Positions 12,633 to 24,061 of a stretch of 45,096 nt of DNA are shown here, piece by piece. The DNA is from Paraspadella gotoi. Taxonomy: Eukaryota > Animalia > Chaetognatha. The position numbers and the translations under genes are program-made. The stretch's first letter is position 1. Every line of letters starts with the position of its first letter. Under the pieces are notes generated by a model that was not told the DNA's origin, did no database searches, and worked only from the letters and a program-made list of their open reading frames with translations. The stretch covers positions 1,444,098 through 1,489,193 of the forward strand of contig CM119265.1 in NCBI GenBank assembly GCA_051294375.1, read 5' to 3'.

Positions 12633-12745
12633 TTGATCGCATCTTCTCTAATCGCATCTTTTTGATCGCATCATTTTGATCGCATCATTTTGATCGCGGC
12701 ATTTTGATTTCATCTTTTTGATCGCATCTTCTCTGTTCGCATCCC
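12633..12745. repeat. 14-bp minisatellite (TTTTGATCGCATCA)n
   Basis: About 8 degenerate tandem units. Confidence 0.8.
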
Positions 12746-13377
12746 TGACTTTTCGACTCGCGTCGTCGCTTGCATGAAAGGTCGCACTTTCGAGATTCGA
12801 TTAGAGATGACGAAAACAACAACAACAACAACAAGGAGCAACACCACCAGCAGCGTTGAAAACGACCACAATGACTTCACATCGATGACTAAAAAGAAAC
12901 TCGAAGAGAAGAAACTCGTAAAAAAAATAGGGAAAACAAAAGTAATGACGACGACGACGACGACGACGATGATGATTACGACGACCATGACGACAACAGC
13001 AAAAACGATTGCGATGACGACAATGATGAAGACGACGATGACGATGATGTCATCCAATGACAGAGTTTTCGAAGACAATATTAGCGATGGAACGAGGGAC
13101 GGACTAAAGGAAGGACGGACGGACGGACAGAGTTAAATCTAATAAATCCGAAAATCTTTTTAAAAAAACAAAGCATTTGTTTGTTTGTTTTGGAAAGAAA
13201 AGACGACGACAACGACGACCGACGACGACGACGATTGATGATGATGATGATTGAGATGGGATGATGATGATATGATGTGACGAGAATAAGAATTCGTGAT
13301 TCCGGAATTTGGGAAAAAGAAAAAAATTTTTAGAAATGGAGTCAGAGAAGGAGACAGAGAGGCAAGAGAGAAGAAGA

Positions 13378-13408
<31 letters not shown>

Positions 13409-13420
13409 CAGAGAGAGAAG

Positions 13421-13471
<51 letters not shown>

Positions 13472-13609
13472 GAGAGAGAGAGAGAATAAGAAAAACAAAG
13501 AAAGAGAGAAGATAGAGACCCGAAGAGAGAGAGAGAGAGAGCGAAATGGAGAGGGAGGATTCCCGTGAAAATCCTTTTGTGAATCCATTCAATTTTCACG
13601 GATTATTAA

Positions 13610-13659
<50 letters not shown>

Positions 13660-13949
13660 GTTTTTGTTTGCTCTCTCGTACTCATCATATTCTCTGTGTC
13701 ATCAACTCCTTTGTTGTTGTTATCACCGCTGTGGTCGTCGTCGTCGTCGCCGTCGTCATTGTTATTGTTTTCTTCATTGTCGTTGTTTTTGTTAATATAA
13801 CTTGATGTACTTTGATTGTAAATCTTGACTAAAAACAAACCATTGTGAGTTTCGAGTCTCATTTCGGTCTCAACGAAAAAGTGAGTTCACACTTTGCGAA
13901 AAACTTTTCAAGTGTGAAAATTTGTGGTCGTGAGTCACGATCACAAAAA

Positions 13950-14910
13950 TTAATTTTTTAAATTTTTTATAACATTTTTTAAATAGTTTAGTGAAAATGC
14001 TTACAATTTTAATGTCTATACATCTATCATTATCTACAGAGCATAAGCTTTAATTTGAGACCTTTCCCAACTTTTTACGATTTTTTTGTTATTGAATTAT
14101 AAGTAAAAATCATAATTTAAAAAAAAAATCAATAATCAATCAGTTCTTTCAAACGGATTATTTCTTAAAAATAAAAGTACAAATAGGTTCTCAAAATGCA
14201 GTTCTATTTATTAAGCCCTAAAAACAAATTAAAAAAAAAATTGATATAAATTTATTAGAAAAAATAAATAATACAGATAATTAATTTTATTTTTTTAAGA
14301 AAAATATATGATATTTAATTAAAACTTAATCTCAAATAAAATAACAGATAAATATTAGTTGAGCACTTTAATTCAAAATCATATCCAGCTTTAAAAAGTA
14401 ATTATATAATTTATTACTTATCAAAAAAAAATTTTATTCATAAAATTATATTATAATAATAACTCACTCAATATTTGATAAATATTAATTATAGACAAAT
14501 GTGTAAAAATATTAATAAACATAATGCTTTAACTTTTAATACTTAATTAGAGTATATATTAATATTTTTCAAAATATTTTTTTTACTTTTAAAATTTTTT
14601 ATATTAAAATTATTATTAATTAAAAAAAAACTTATTTTGAAGCCTAATAAGTAGAAATGTATTTTGAGAACATATTTGTATTTTTATTTTTAAGAAATAA
14701 TCTGTTCAATGGTACTAATTGATTAATCTTTTTTAAAAAAAAATATTTAATTTTTACTTATATTTCAATAGCGAAAAGTAATAGAAAGTTGGAAGTGGTT
14801 TCAAATTAAAGCTTATGCTTTGTAGATAATGACAGATAGATAGACATTCAAATTGTAAGCATATTCCATAAACTACTTAAAATTTTTTATAAAAAAATTT
14901 AAAAAAACTT
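13950..14910. mobile_element. AT-rich foldback/MITE element with ~300-bp inverted arms
   Basis: 13950-14260 (…atgcttacaattttaatgtctat…catctatcattatctacagagcataagctttaatttga…ttatttcttaaaaataaaagtacaaataggttctcaaaat) is the imperfect reverse complement of 14610-14910. Confidence 0.8.
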
Positions 14911-15528
14911 TAATGAGCATTTAAAAAAAACCTGCCTTTATCGAATTTTACTGACCTACCACATTAAGTGTCTCATGGGTATACTTTAAGATTTTATAGG
15001 TTTAAGAGATGGCACTTTTTTTGTTTCTTTCACATCCTCTCTGCCCTACCGTGTATTATATGAACTTTCGACGTTAAAAATTATATTTATATTTAAAACA
15101 ATCAACTAGCCTTTTAAAATATTGCCATCTATTGCCGTTTCTGAAGGACGTATATTGGAATCTTTTGCCATCATTGCCAACTATTACCATCTACGCCTCA
15201 ACTTTTCAGTTTGAGTCCGTTGGCTGAGCTAATGGCAAAGCGGATGGCAAAGCGGATGGCAAAGCGGATGACGATGACCCGTCGCGTGGCCCATAGAATT
15301 GGGTCGAGCAAATGTCAGCGAGAAATTGTTGTTGTGGATGTTGTTGTTTTGATGTTGCTGTTGATATTATTATTAAGATTGATGTTGTTTAGACGTCGTT
15401 GTTGTTATTGTTGTTGTTGTTGTTATTGTTGTTGTTGTTATAATTAAAGTTGTATTTGACGCAGTTTTTTTTTGATGGACTTTCTGTTATCGTGTTTTAT
15501 GTTAATGTTATGTTTTTGTTATGATTAT

Positions 15529-15650
15529 TAAATTGGTACAACGGTACAACCAATATAAAAATTATTTGGTGGTTTAAGGCCTCCATCACTCTTACAAGAT
15601 AATGACATAGCAGGTTACAAGACTCTCACAGTCTCGTTTATTCACTCCCA
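15529..15650 (-). mobile_element. Family A dispersed repeat, copy 2 (internally deleted)
   Basis: ggtggtttaaggcctccatcactcttacaagataatgacatagcagg…cagtctcgtttattcactccca. Confidence 0.75.
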
Positions 15651-15679
15651 ATGTTTATTTTAAGGCCAAGATTGGCATA

Positions 15680-15713
15680 TTTTATTTTATTTATTTATTT
15701 ATTTATTTTCTTT

Positions 15714-15792
<79 letters not shown>
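15680..15792. repeat. (ATTT)n microsatellite
   Basis: Direct reading. Confidence 0.95.
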
Positions 15793-16169
15793 TACAACAT
15801 ACAACACATATACCATCTAGGAAAAAAAGCCTATCACATTTTTAGTAGAGGATATCTACTCAAAAACTTATTTGATTTTGAAAAAGAAATAGAATGTTTC
15901 CGAATCTACATTTTCATTGAACCTATTTTCAGTAGGTTCATTCCATTTTTTCATCAAATTGTTTAAAAGGTACCTGCAAAAACAATCGCAACTTTTACTG
16001 AAAAATGGCAAAAAAATCATATTTAGTTTTCCACAATTTTCGGTATTTAGTTATTAGTTTTTATTTCAAATAGAGTTACTTTTTTTTTATTTGGCAATGA
16101 TAAAGGCATTGCACCTGTTTTTGGTTAAAAAAAATATTATTATACTCTCAGAAAAAAATAAAAAACAGC

Positions 16170-16300
16170 AACATCACCATCGAGTCTGAAAAGAATCGCG
16201 TTAAAGATGTGGAAAAACCTTTGACCTCAATTCATTGTACGAGAGCATGCCCAGACGAATGCAGGCAGTAAGCGATGCCGAGGGAGGGCACACTAAATAA
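16170..16300 (+). mobile_element. Tc1/mariner transposase C-terminal remnant
   Basis: 16235-16300 translates LYESMPRRMQAVSDAEGGHTK*, the typical Tc1-family end (L..SMPRR..AV..A.GG.TKY). It is preceded by frameshifted SLKRIALKMWKNL. Confidence 0.8.
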
Positions 16301-16547
16301 TGAGAATGTTTTACCCATGTTTTATATATTTTTATTGAATAAATAAACTTTTCAAAAATTATGTGATATTCTTTTTTCCTAGATAGTATATATAAGTGCA
16401 TTTTTGATTATTATAAACTCTTCTAAACGCTTCTAAGTGCTATTTACTTCTTATCTCGATATATTAATTTCGTGATGGATCAACTAATGAAGTCGAATTG
16501 ATCCGGGACTAAGTGGAAAAGATATTGATAATGATAAGAGTTTAAGA

Positions 16548-16561
16548 AAGAGAGAGAGAGA

Positions 16562-16637
<76 letters not shown>
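16548..16637. repeat. (GA)n microsatellite
   Basis: Direct reading. Confidence 0.95.
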
Positions 16638-16640
<3 letters not shown>

Positions 16641-16804
16641 CTAATCATCTCTCTACTGTATTTTGACGAAGCATAATTTTCCGTCGTTATGTCAAGTTTT
16701 GTCAGATCAAGTCATGTCACGTCAAATCAAGTCATAATGTCAGATCAAGTCATATAATGTCTTGTCAAGCATAGAATAATTATTGCGTCTTCTTCTTTTC
16801 CCAG

Positions 16805-17130
16805 ATTCGATTTCTCATCCTGGAAAAAAAAACTGAGATTCTTGGAAATAAAAACCAAACAAAACAAAATACAAAACACAAAATAAAACAATAAACAAAA
16901 AAATAAACAAAAAAAAACTGCGAATAATCAAAAAAATCTTTGGTCAAAAAAAATTAAAACAAAAAAAGTTCTTTTTTTGCTCCAAAAAATATTTTTACTT
17001 TAAAAATCCGCAATAATTATAATAACGACAACAACAACAACAACGACGACGACAACGAAATTTCTGATTAACACCAAAAAAATTCTGTCGCTAAAAACTG
17101 AAGGAAAAACTAAAATCTTTGTTTTTGACA

Positions 17131-17172
<42 letters not shown>

Positions 17173-17369
17173 TCGTCGTCGTCTACTCCGTCGAACTGAA
17201 TTCGGGTCAAAAACGAAAACAAAATCTGTCACGAAAAAGAAAAGTCACAAACGACAACTACAACAACAACAAGAATCTACGAAACAAAAGATCAGTTCGA
17301 CTCAAAAAAAAAAATCGAAAAAAACTACAACAAATTAACAACAACAACAAATCAACAACAACAACTAAA
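16805..17369 (+). other. Probable 5' UTR part of the start-codon exon of the lev-9-like gene
   Basis: Strong acceptor tcttcttcttttcccag ends at 16804. I saw no ATG between it and the start at 17370. Confidence 0.4.
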
Positions 17370-17418
17370 ATGAGGAGGATTATTTTCCTCTTTGTTCTTT
17401 TGTTTGTCGCCGCTGAAG
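17370..17418 (+). CDS. lev-9: LEV-9/Hasp-like secreted WAP protein, coding exon 1 (signal peptide MRRIIFLFVLLFVAAE)
   Basis: aaaATG context, basic n-region plus hydrophobic core, donor AAG|gtaaat in phase 1 matching the phase of the next exon. Confidence 0.7.
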
Positions 17419-17430
17419 GTAAATGAATGA

Positions 17431-17535
17431 CTGATTGGTTGTGATTTGTTGTGATTGGCTGTGATTGGCTGTGATTGGTTGTGATTGGCTGTGATTGGTT
17501 ATAATTGCCCGTGATTGGCTGTGATTGTCCATGAT
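17431..17535. repeat. 10-bp tandem array (GTGATTGGCT)n, equivalent to reverse-strand CCAAT boxes
   Basis: About 10 units starting 12 nt after the splice donor. Confidence 0.85.
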
Positions 17536-18185
17536 TGATTGATCGATTGACTTAAGCACAACCCCACAATAAAAGATAGTCCTCCCCATCACACACACTG
17601 CAACGTCTCCCTCTCTCCCCACACACACACAAAAATTTGAGATGAAAGAAAAGTTGGAATCATTTATCAGCGTCGAAATCGATTCGAGTCTCTATCATGC
17701 ACGATTAGACCGGATTCGTTATCAAACTAGACTGAGGAATGGGGGGGATCGTCTCTCTCTGCTATCTCTCATCCTCGTCTGCATCTCATCTCCTCATTCT
17801 CTCAGTCTCACCCTCTCTCTCTCTTCTCTTCTCATCTCTCTTTCTCTTCTTCTCTCTCTCTCTCCTCTCTCTCTCTATAAAAAAAAGGATAGTTTCGTTT
17901 TATCCCACCAAGACGGTATTCGTTTGAAGTCTTAACGAAAAAAAATCCCCGCCTCGTATATGTACAGTGAACGTCGGTTGAAACGACTCTGATCGATGAG
18001 ATATATATGAAAAGCGGAGAGAGATAGAGACAGAGTCGGCGACCACATAACAGGAACGGCGAGGGGAGGCATCAAAAAGTTGGGGAGAGGATTTCAGTCG
18101 AGGGAAGGGGGGCAAGGGGGCTAGGGGGCAAGGGGAGGGCGGAAAACGTTTTAAATAGATTTTAAATCTAATCTGAAATTGAAAA

Positions 18186-18486
18186 AACAAGAACGGTAAT
18201 TCAAATGTGTTGCGCCGCAGTGACTGCCTTATCATGTGTATTTCTCGTGACCTGACATAACATGACATAACATGACATGACTACAATGACTTTCCTAGTC
18301 CCTGTGTTTATAAGACACACACTGCATAGGAATTACGTCTTTTGTTCTTTATAGTTTTAGAATTTTCTGAAGGCGGCGCTTGCAGTCCCTTACATTTGAG
18401 GTTTTTTCCTGTCTGAACAAATGAGCAAGAATTATAATAACCGACAGACCGACGGACCGACGGACCGAAAAGTGACTTATAGAGTT
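18186..18486 (+). mobile_element. Helentron-associated (DINE-1/HINE-like) non-autonomous element, truncated copy
   Basis: AACAAG terminus, subterminal GTTGCGCCGC, GACA/GACG-type microsatellite, then ttatagagtt. Homologous to 20781-21098. Confidence 0.6.
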
Positions 18487-18624
18487 TAGATAAAGGATTA
18501 AGGTTAGAGATTAAGCTTCAGGGACAAGGAATATGGTTAGGAATTTGTGTTTTGTCAGAAACAAACTCTCAGTTCAATGATTTAAAAAAAAACAGAAATG
18601 GGGCTCTTTGGAAAAATAGCGCCG
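18487..18624 (+). mobile_element. 3' remnant of family C MITE
   Basis: Degenerate ttagg units followed by aacagaaatggggctctttggaaaaatagcgcc. Confidence 0.45.
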
Positions 18625-19159
18625 AAAAAAAAGTATCTTTACTTCGCCGCCCAAAACAATATGTGTTTTCGTTGAGGGAGATAAGTCTTTTCGTTAACGA
18701 GACGGTAATTTTAAAAAAAAGAGAGAGAGAGGGAGAGAGAGAGAGAGATGGAGAGAGGGAGAGGGTGGGTTTATTAGGTGGGTTTAGGTGGAAATGAGGA
18801 GAGTGATCGATCTCTGCCGCGGCGTCATTGCCTTTGATTCAACCGAGAGAGAGAATTTGGTTTTTTTTTTAATTCGCCGGAGGGAAGAACACCCAAATCT
18901 TTTTATAGCTAGGCGTTTTAATTAAATAAGTAATTATTTATCAAAGAGCTAATCCGTTATTTTTATAAAAAATAGATATACACAGTGTCCCCTTTTCGAC
19001 GAGGTTTGTGATTCGAATCACAACTCTCCTGCGTGAGATCGGAGTCTCGCGATCTCGGGTCAATCACGGAGGTCCCCCCCCCCAAGATACTTTGGCGGAA
19101 GCTGATATCGGACATTGAAATGTGTTAACTCCGTCTAAAAGCATGTCACCTTCAGTCGT

Positions 19160-19440
19160 GAGCCAGTGACTCGTTGAGTAATACCGTCTGCTCGTTACCA
19201 TTAGGTTCCAGGTTCAATCCCTACCCGGTACGTACACTTAGGACGGGCATAAACCGCCTTGGGGGCGAGGAAAACCAGTAAGACTGGCTTCAAGCCAAGG
19301 ACCATGGCTGCTCGAGGGTGTTAAAGAAGTTGCAGATAGAACTCTTCAGCCCACTAAGTCTAACTGTTAATATGCTATACGTTATAAACTTGACATGCTA
19401 ATGGAACCCTTTTGGGACTGGGAAAGAAGGTTTGAAGTTG
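19160..19440 (+). mobile_element. tRNA-derived SINE-like element (3' extent uncertain)
   Basis: A-box-like gtgactcgttgag and B-box ggttcaatccc (19211-19221) at tRNA-like spacing, followed by a GC-richer body. No intact cloverleaf. Confidence 0.45.
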
Positions 19441-19482
19441 GTGTTAATTTCGATTTTTGGAAAATTATGTAAAATTAGATAT

Positions 19483-19594
19483 TTTATCTTGCGATGGAGG
19501 CCTTAAAACACTAAAGCCGGTTCAAAGTCAGGGGCAAGATAGCTTATTTATTGAATGAGTGAATATTTTTTTTATATTGTATGTACCAATTTCA
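19483..19594 (+). mobile_element. Family A dispersed repeat, copy 3 (3' half)
   Basis: gatggaggccttaaa…ttcaaagtcaggggcaagatagcttatttattg…gtaccaatttc. Confidence 0.75.
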
Positions 19595-20026
19595 TAACTG
19601 TTTTAAATTTAACCGTTTGAACTTCATTCCAAATAAAAGTATGAATTTTTTTTTCTTTCTAACGAATGAAATGAATCTTAATTCGAATTCGCAATTTGTG
19701 TTTTGAACAAAAGAAATAATTTTGTCGATAACGAGAAAGTCATTGGAGTTTTTTGGGGTCGGGAAGAGGGAATGGTTTATTGTCTGAAGTTGGGATGTTG
19801 AAGGTGTGATTGAGGAGGTGGAGGGGAAGGGATGGGGTGTGGTTAGGAGAGTGGAGAATGGAGGGGCGGCGGCGGCAGCGCGCGGCGGCGGCGCGGCCAC
19901 CGCCTTTGATTCGGTCTGAGGGAAAAATTATTTTTTCTCCGATTCGACGGAGGCGGCGAAAAAGAAGAGAGGAGAGGGAGAGAAGAGGAAGAAGAGGAAC
20001 GAGAGAGAGAAAAGAGATGAGAGCAG

Positions 20027-20061
<35 letters not shown>

Positions 20062-20385
20062 CCAACCACGTTGGAAGAGCAATTGGCGAACAATTTGATA
20101 AATGAATGAATTAATAGACAAATAAAATATGAATCAATGAAAAAATAAAGAAACGAATGCTCGAAGAAAAATATCGATCAATCAATCAATCAATTAATCA
20201 AACAAACAATGTCTGATTGATTATTTAAAAGTATGCGTAAATGGATTATGGAAATAACAAATTATTAAACGATTGATTGGATTATTCACATTTATTCATT
20301 TATTTATTTATTTTGGGTTTTATTCATTTATTCATTTGTCTGTTCGATTGAGTGTTTGATTGAATGACCTATAATTACATTGATT

Positions 20386-21151
20386 GGCTCTCTTTTCCGG
20401 GAGTGCCCCATTTCTGTTTTGTCACTCTTTTCCGTGAGTGTCCCATTTTTGTTCTCTCATTCCAGAATTTAATTTTAACCTTAATATTTAAATTAAATAT
20501 GTTTTAAACTTAAAAATAGATCCTTAACTATAATCCTTAACTATAATCCTTAACTATAATCCCTAACTTTAACCTTATCGTGAACCCTAATCCTAACATT
20601 TTATCCCAAATTTTTAACCCTAACCCCTAACCCTAACCTAAATCACTAAAATAATATCTAACCTAATCTCCCTAATCTCTAACATAATCTCCTTAATCTC
20701 TAACCTAATCTTCTTAAACTCTAACCTAATCTTCTTATTCTCTAACCAAATCTCCCTAATCTCTAACCTAATTTTTAACTAACAAAAACGGTAATTCAAA
20801 TGTGTTGCGTCACAGTGACTGCCTCATGACATAACAAGACTACAATAACTGTCTTAGCCCATGTATTTATGACACGCACTGCATCAGAATTTATCTTTTA
20901 TTAGTTTTAGGATTTCCTAAGTTTAAAGTTAAAAGTTTAAAGTTTTTTCTTATCTTAACAAATGAGCAAGTTATGAGCATTTTCAACGTGAGTGGGACAG
21001 ACGGATGGACAGACATACCGACTGACAGACTAACCGAGAGACCGACAAAAAAGAAACTTATAACAGTTGCTCCATGAGGACTCGCGGCGCAACTAAAAAC
21101 TAACTTATTTCGGAATTTAAGATAAAACTGGGTATTCTGGGAAAATAAGGC
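20386..21151 (-). mobile_element. Family C TIR-MITE with CCTAA(C) arrays, interrupted by a nested HINE
   Basis: Ends ggctctcttttccgggagtgccccatttctg and ttctgggaaaataaggc. Inside are (tccttaactataa)3, (aaccct)n and ~21-bp ctaacctaatctccctaatct units. Confidence 0.7.
20781..21098 (+). mobile_element. Helentron-associated (DINE-1/HINE-like) element, near full length
   Basis: AACAA terminus, subTIR gttgcgtcac versus terminal gcggcgcaac, terminal hairpin agttgc…gcaact followed by an A-run, and a GACA/GACG microsatellite next to the hairpin end. Confidence 0.65.
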
Positions 21152-21293
21152 TGAAAAACGAACGTAACCAAAATCCGAATGATCGCCCAAAATTTTGATT
21201 GATCGATTGACTCGAATCCAACGACGTTTGTCCCTCCCCTCGACTTTCACTCATCAAATCCTTCACATCTTCACTCTTTCACAAAAATTGAAG

Positions 21294-21332
<39 letters not shown>

Positions 21333-21537
21333 GTCTCTCTCCTCTCTCGTCCTCTCCTCCGCTTTTCTGTCGCCTCCCTCTCTCTCTCTCCCCCTCCTTT
21401 CCTTCACTCCCCATTCGACCTTTAAATCCCCACAAATTCCCGACGCACGTCGATCCCTCCTCCGTGGCCGAGTCGGTTCGGTCCTCCATCATCGACCCAA
21501 AAGGTTTCGGGTTCGAGGTCGAGGTTGATAATTCGAA

Positions 21538-21850
21538 GGGCTTTATTTTCCCAGGACGCCCGATTTCATCTAAAATTCGGAATTAAAAAAATTATTTCAA
21601 GTTGAAAATTAGGTTAGAGGACAGGGTTAGTGATTAAAATTATGGATTAGATTACTTATTAGGATTAAGATTAGATTAGTGATTAGGATTAAGGATTAGA
21701 TTAGTGATTAGGGTAAAGGATTAAGTTATTACTTAGGTTTAAATATTAGAGTTAAGGATTATAGTTTAAAAATAAATTAAGATAAAAAATTAAATATTAA
21801 AATTTTGGCATAAACCAACAGAAATGGGTCGTTTTGCGAAAAGAGAGCCC
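21538..21850 (+). mobile_element. Family C TIR-MITE with degenerate TTAGG array
   Basis: ~30-bp TIRs: GGGCTTTATTTTCCCAGGACGCCCGATTTC versus the reverse complement of the 3' end, GGGCTCTCTTTTCGCAAAACGACCCATTTC. Confidence 0.75.
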
Positions 21851-22086
21851 AAAAACGCCTCACTATAACGCATTATTACAATATATTATCACAAGCGTTA
21901 GTACTTGGTACTATATATTTTTATATTCCACTTTATACAATATGTTGTTAAATTCCTAATATCTTTTTTTAATATAATGTAATTTTTTTCACAATCTTTT
22001 CTCCAAATTCATTTCTCGTTCTCTCCATATATAATTCTCTCTCTCCCTCTCTGTCTTTCTCATCTCTCTCCGTTGAGTGAATTGAA

Positions 22087-22183
22087 GATTCGATGAACGA
22101 ATGAATGAACGATCATTCATCGATTCGATGAACTAATGAATGAACAATCATTCATCGATTCGATGAACGAATGCATGAATGAC
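22087..22183. repeat. 35-bp tandem repeat (~2.7 copies) with internal palindromes
   Basis: gattcgatgaacgaatgaatgaacgatcattcatc repeated. Junctions form TTCATCG-att-CGATGAA. Confidence 0.8.
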
Positions 22184-22300
22184 CACGTTGAATCGCGAAA
22201 AATAATAGAGTGGAAAAAAAATTGTGCTGCTTCGAATTTTGACAAGACTCTCTGCTTGCTCCAAATATTTTGGAGGGAGAATAAAAGATAATGAGAGGAG

Positions 22301-22454
<154 letters not shown>

Positions 22455-22690
22455 TAAAACTGGGTGGAGTTTGAACAGAAGTTTTAAAAAAGAAAAAAGA
22501 ATGGAAATATACTGTATAATCGTGGTTATAGAGTTTACATTAGTCGAATAATTTGAAAGAATTAAGTAATTTTTAAACTAATCTCTCTTAAATAAGGGGA
22601 AAGTAAAGTAAACTTAATGCTTTTCCCAGAAATACTTTCTTTTCGAACGTAAATAAAGAGAACTGTTCCTCCTCTTCCTCCTCCTCTTTC

Positions 22691-22725
<35 letters not shown>

Positions 22726-23546
22726 CTCCTCCTCTTTCTCCTTCTCTCCAGTCATCTTTGATTCCTCAACATTTATTTTTTTAAAAACTCTCATTAGTTT
22801 AATCAATTGTTGAAGTTCAATTTTTTTTTATTTTATAACATTTTTAACAATCTAAACGAAGAATAAATTGTGAAAAAAAAGACATTTTAAAATTTTCTGA
22901 GTCGGGAGGAGGGAAAATATGTCAGGAAATGGAATGTTAAAAACAGCGTTTAAAAAATAAATGAAAACTTCACACAAAGTTGATTTATGTAGCCAAAACA
23001 AATTAAAAATGTTTATTTTGTCTCTCTCTCTCTCTCTCTCTCTCTCTTCCGTGGCATACTTTCTTTTAAAAATAGCGTCTAGTGGAAAAAAGGTGTTTTT
23101 TTTGTGCTGTTTCGATGAATTTAGGTCAGGAAATTAAATTTTAAAAATGTTAAAAATTCATTTATAGAAGACTTTTATGCGTTAATGATATTTCAGTTTT
23201 AGCCATTTTCCGTTATTCCTTTAGAAAGTCAATAACATTAACATTTAAATTTAATGACATGTTTAGAAGAAAGTCGTGATTGATTATATATTTGTATTAA
23301 AACATTTTTTGTGTGTTTGTTGTCAAATGTCAAATAAACTTCTTCATTTAAGTTTTTTGTTCATTTATTAATTTTTTTTAACAATTTTACATATTTTTTT
23401 TCTTTTTTGGTGAAAAATGATAAACCTTTTTTTCTCGACAGAATCGGCATTTAGCTGGCGCCATCTAACTTTCACTCTGTCTCTGTCTCTCTCCCTCTAT
23501 CTCTTTCTCTAGCTTGCTCTGTCTCGTTCGCTGTCTCATTCTCGCA

Positions 23547-23579
<33 letters not shown>

Positions 23580-24030
23580 NNNNNNNNNNNNNNNNNNNNN
23601 NNNNNNNNNNNNNNNNNNNNNNNNNNNNNNNNNNNNNNNNNNNNNNNNNNNNNNNNNNNNNNNNNNNNNNNNNNNNNNNNNNNNNNNNNNNNNNNNNNNN
23701 NNNNNNNNNNNNNNNNNNNNNNNNNNNNNNNNNNNNNNNNNNNNNNNNNNNNNNNNNNNNNNNNNNNNNNNNNNNNNNNNNNNNNNNNNNNNNNNNNNNN
23801 NNNNNNNNNNNNNNNNNNNNNNNNNNNNNNNNNNNNNNTAATTACATATTTTTTTCTAAAGAAGAAAAAATCATTTCCATAAAAATGGAATTAAAAAAAT
23901 GATAGAGACAAGAAAATGGGACAAACTCCACCCTCTGTTCTCTCTCTCTCACTCACACCTTCAACTTGATAGGATGCCTTTCTTCTGAACTGCCACTCAT
24001 TCCGGGTATGAAATATGAACAAAAACAAGA

Positions 24031-24061
<31 letters not shown>

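Noticed and set aside
12710-13862. Poly-T/V/D/S and RE-repeat ORFs
   Set aside because: Trinucleotide and dinucleotide microsatellites with no domain signal.
19160-19230. Functional tRNA gene
   Set aside because: B-box present, but no convincing acceptor, D or anticodon stems.
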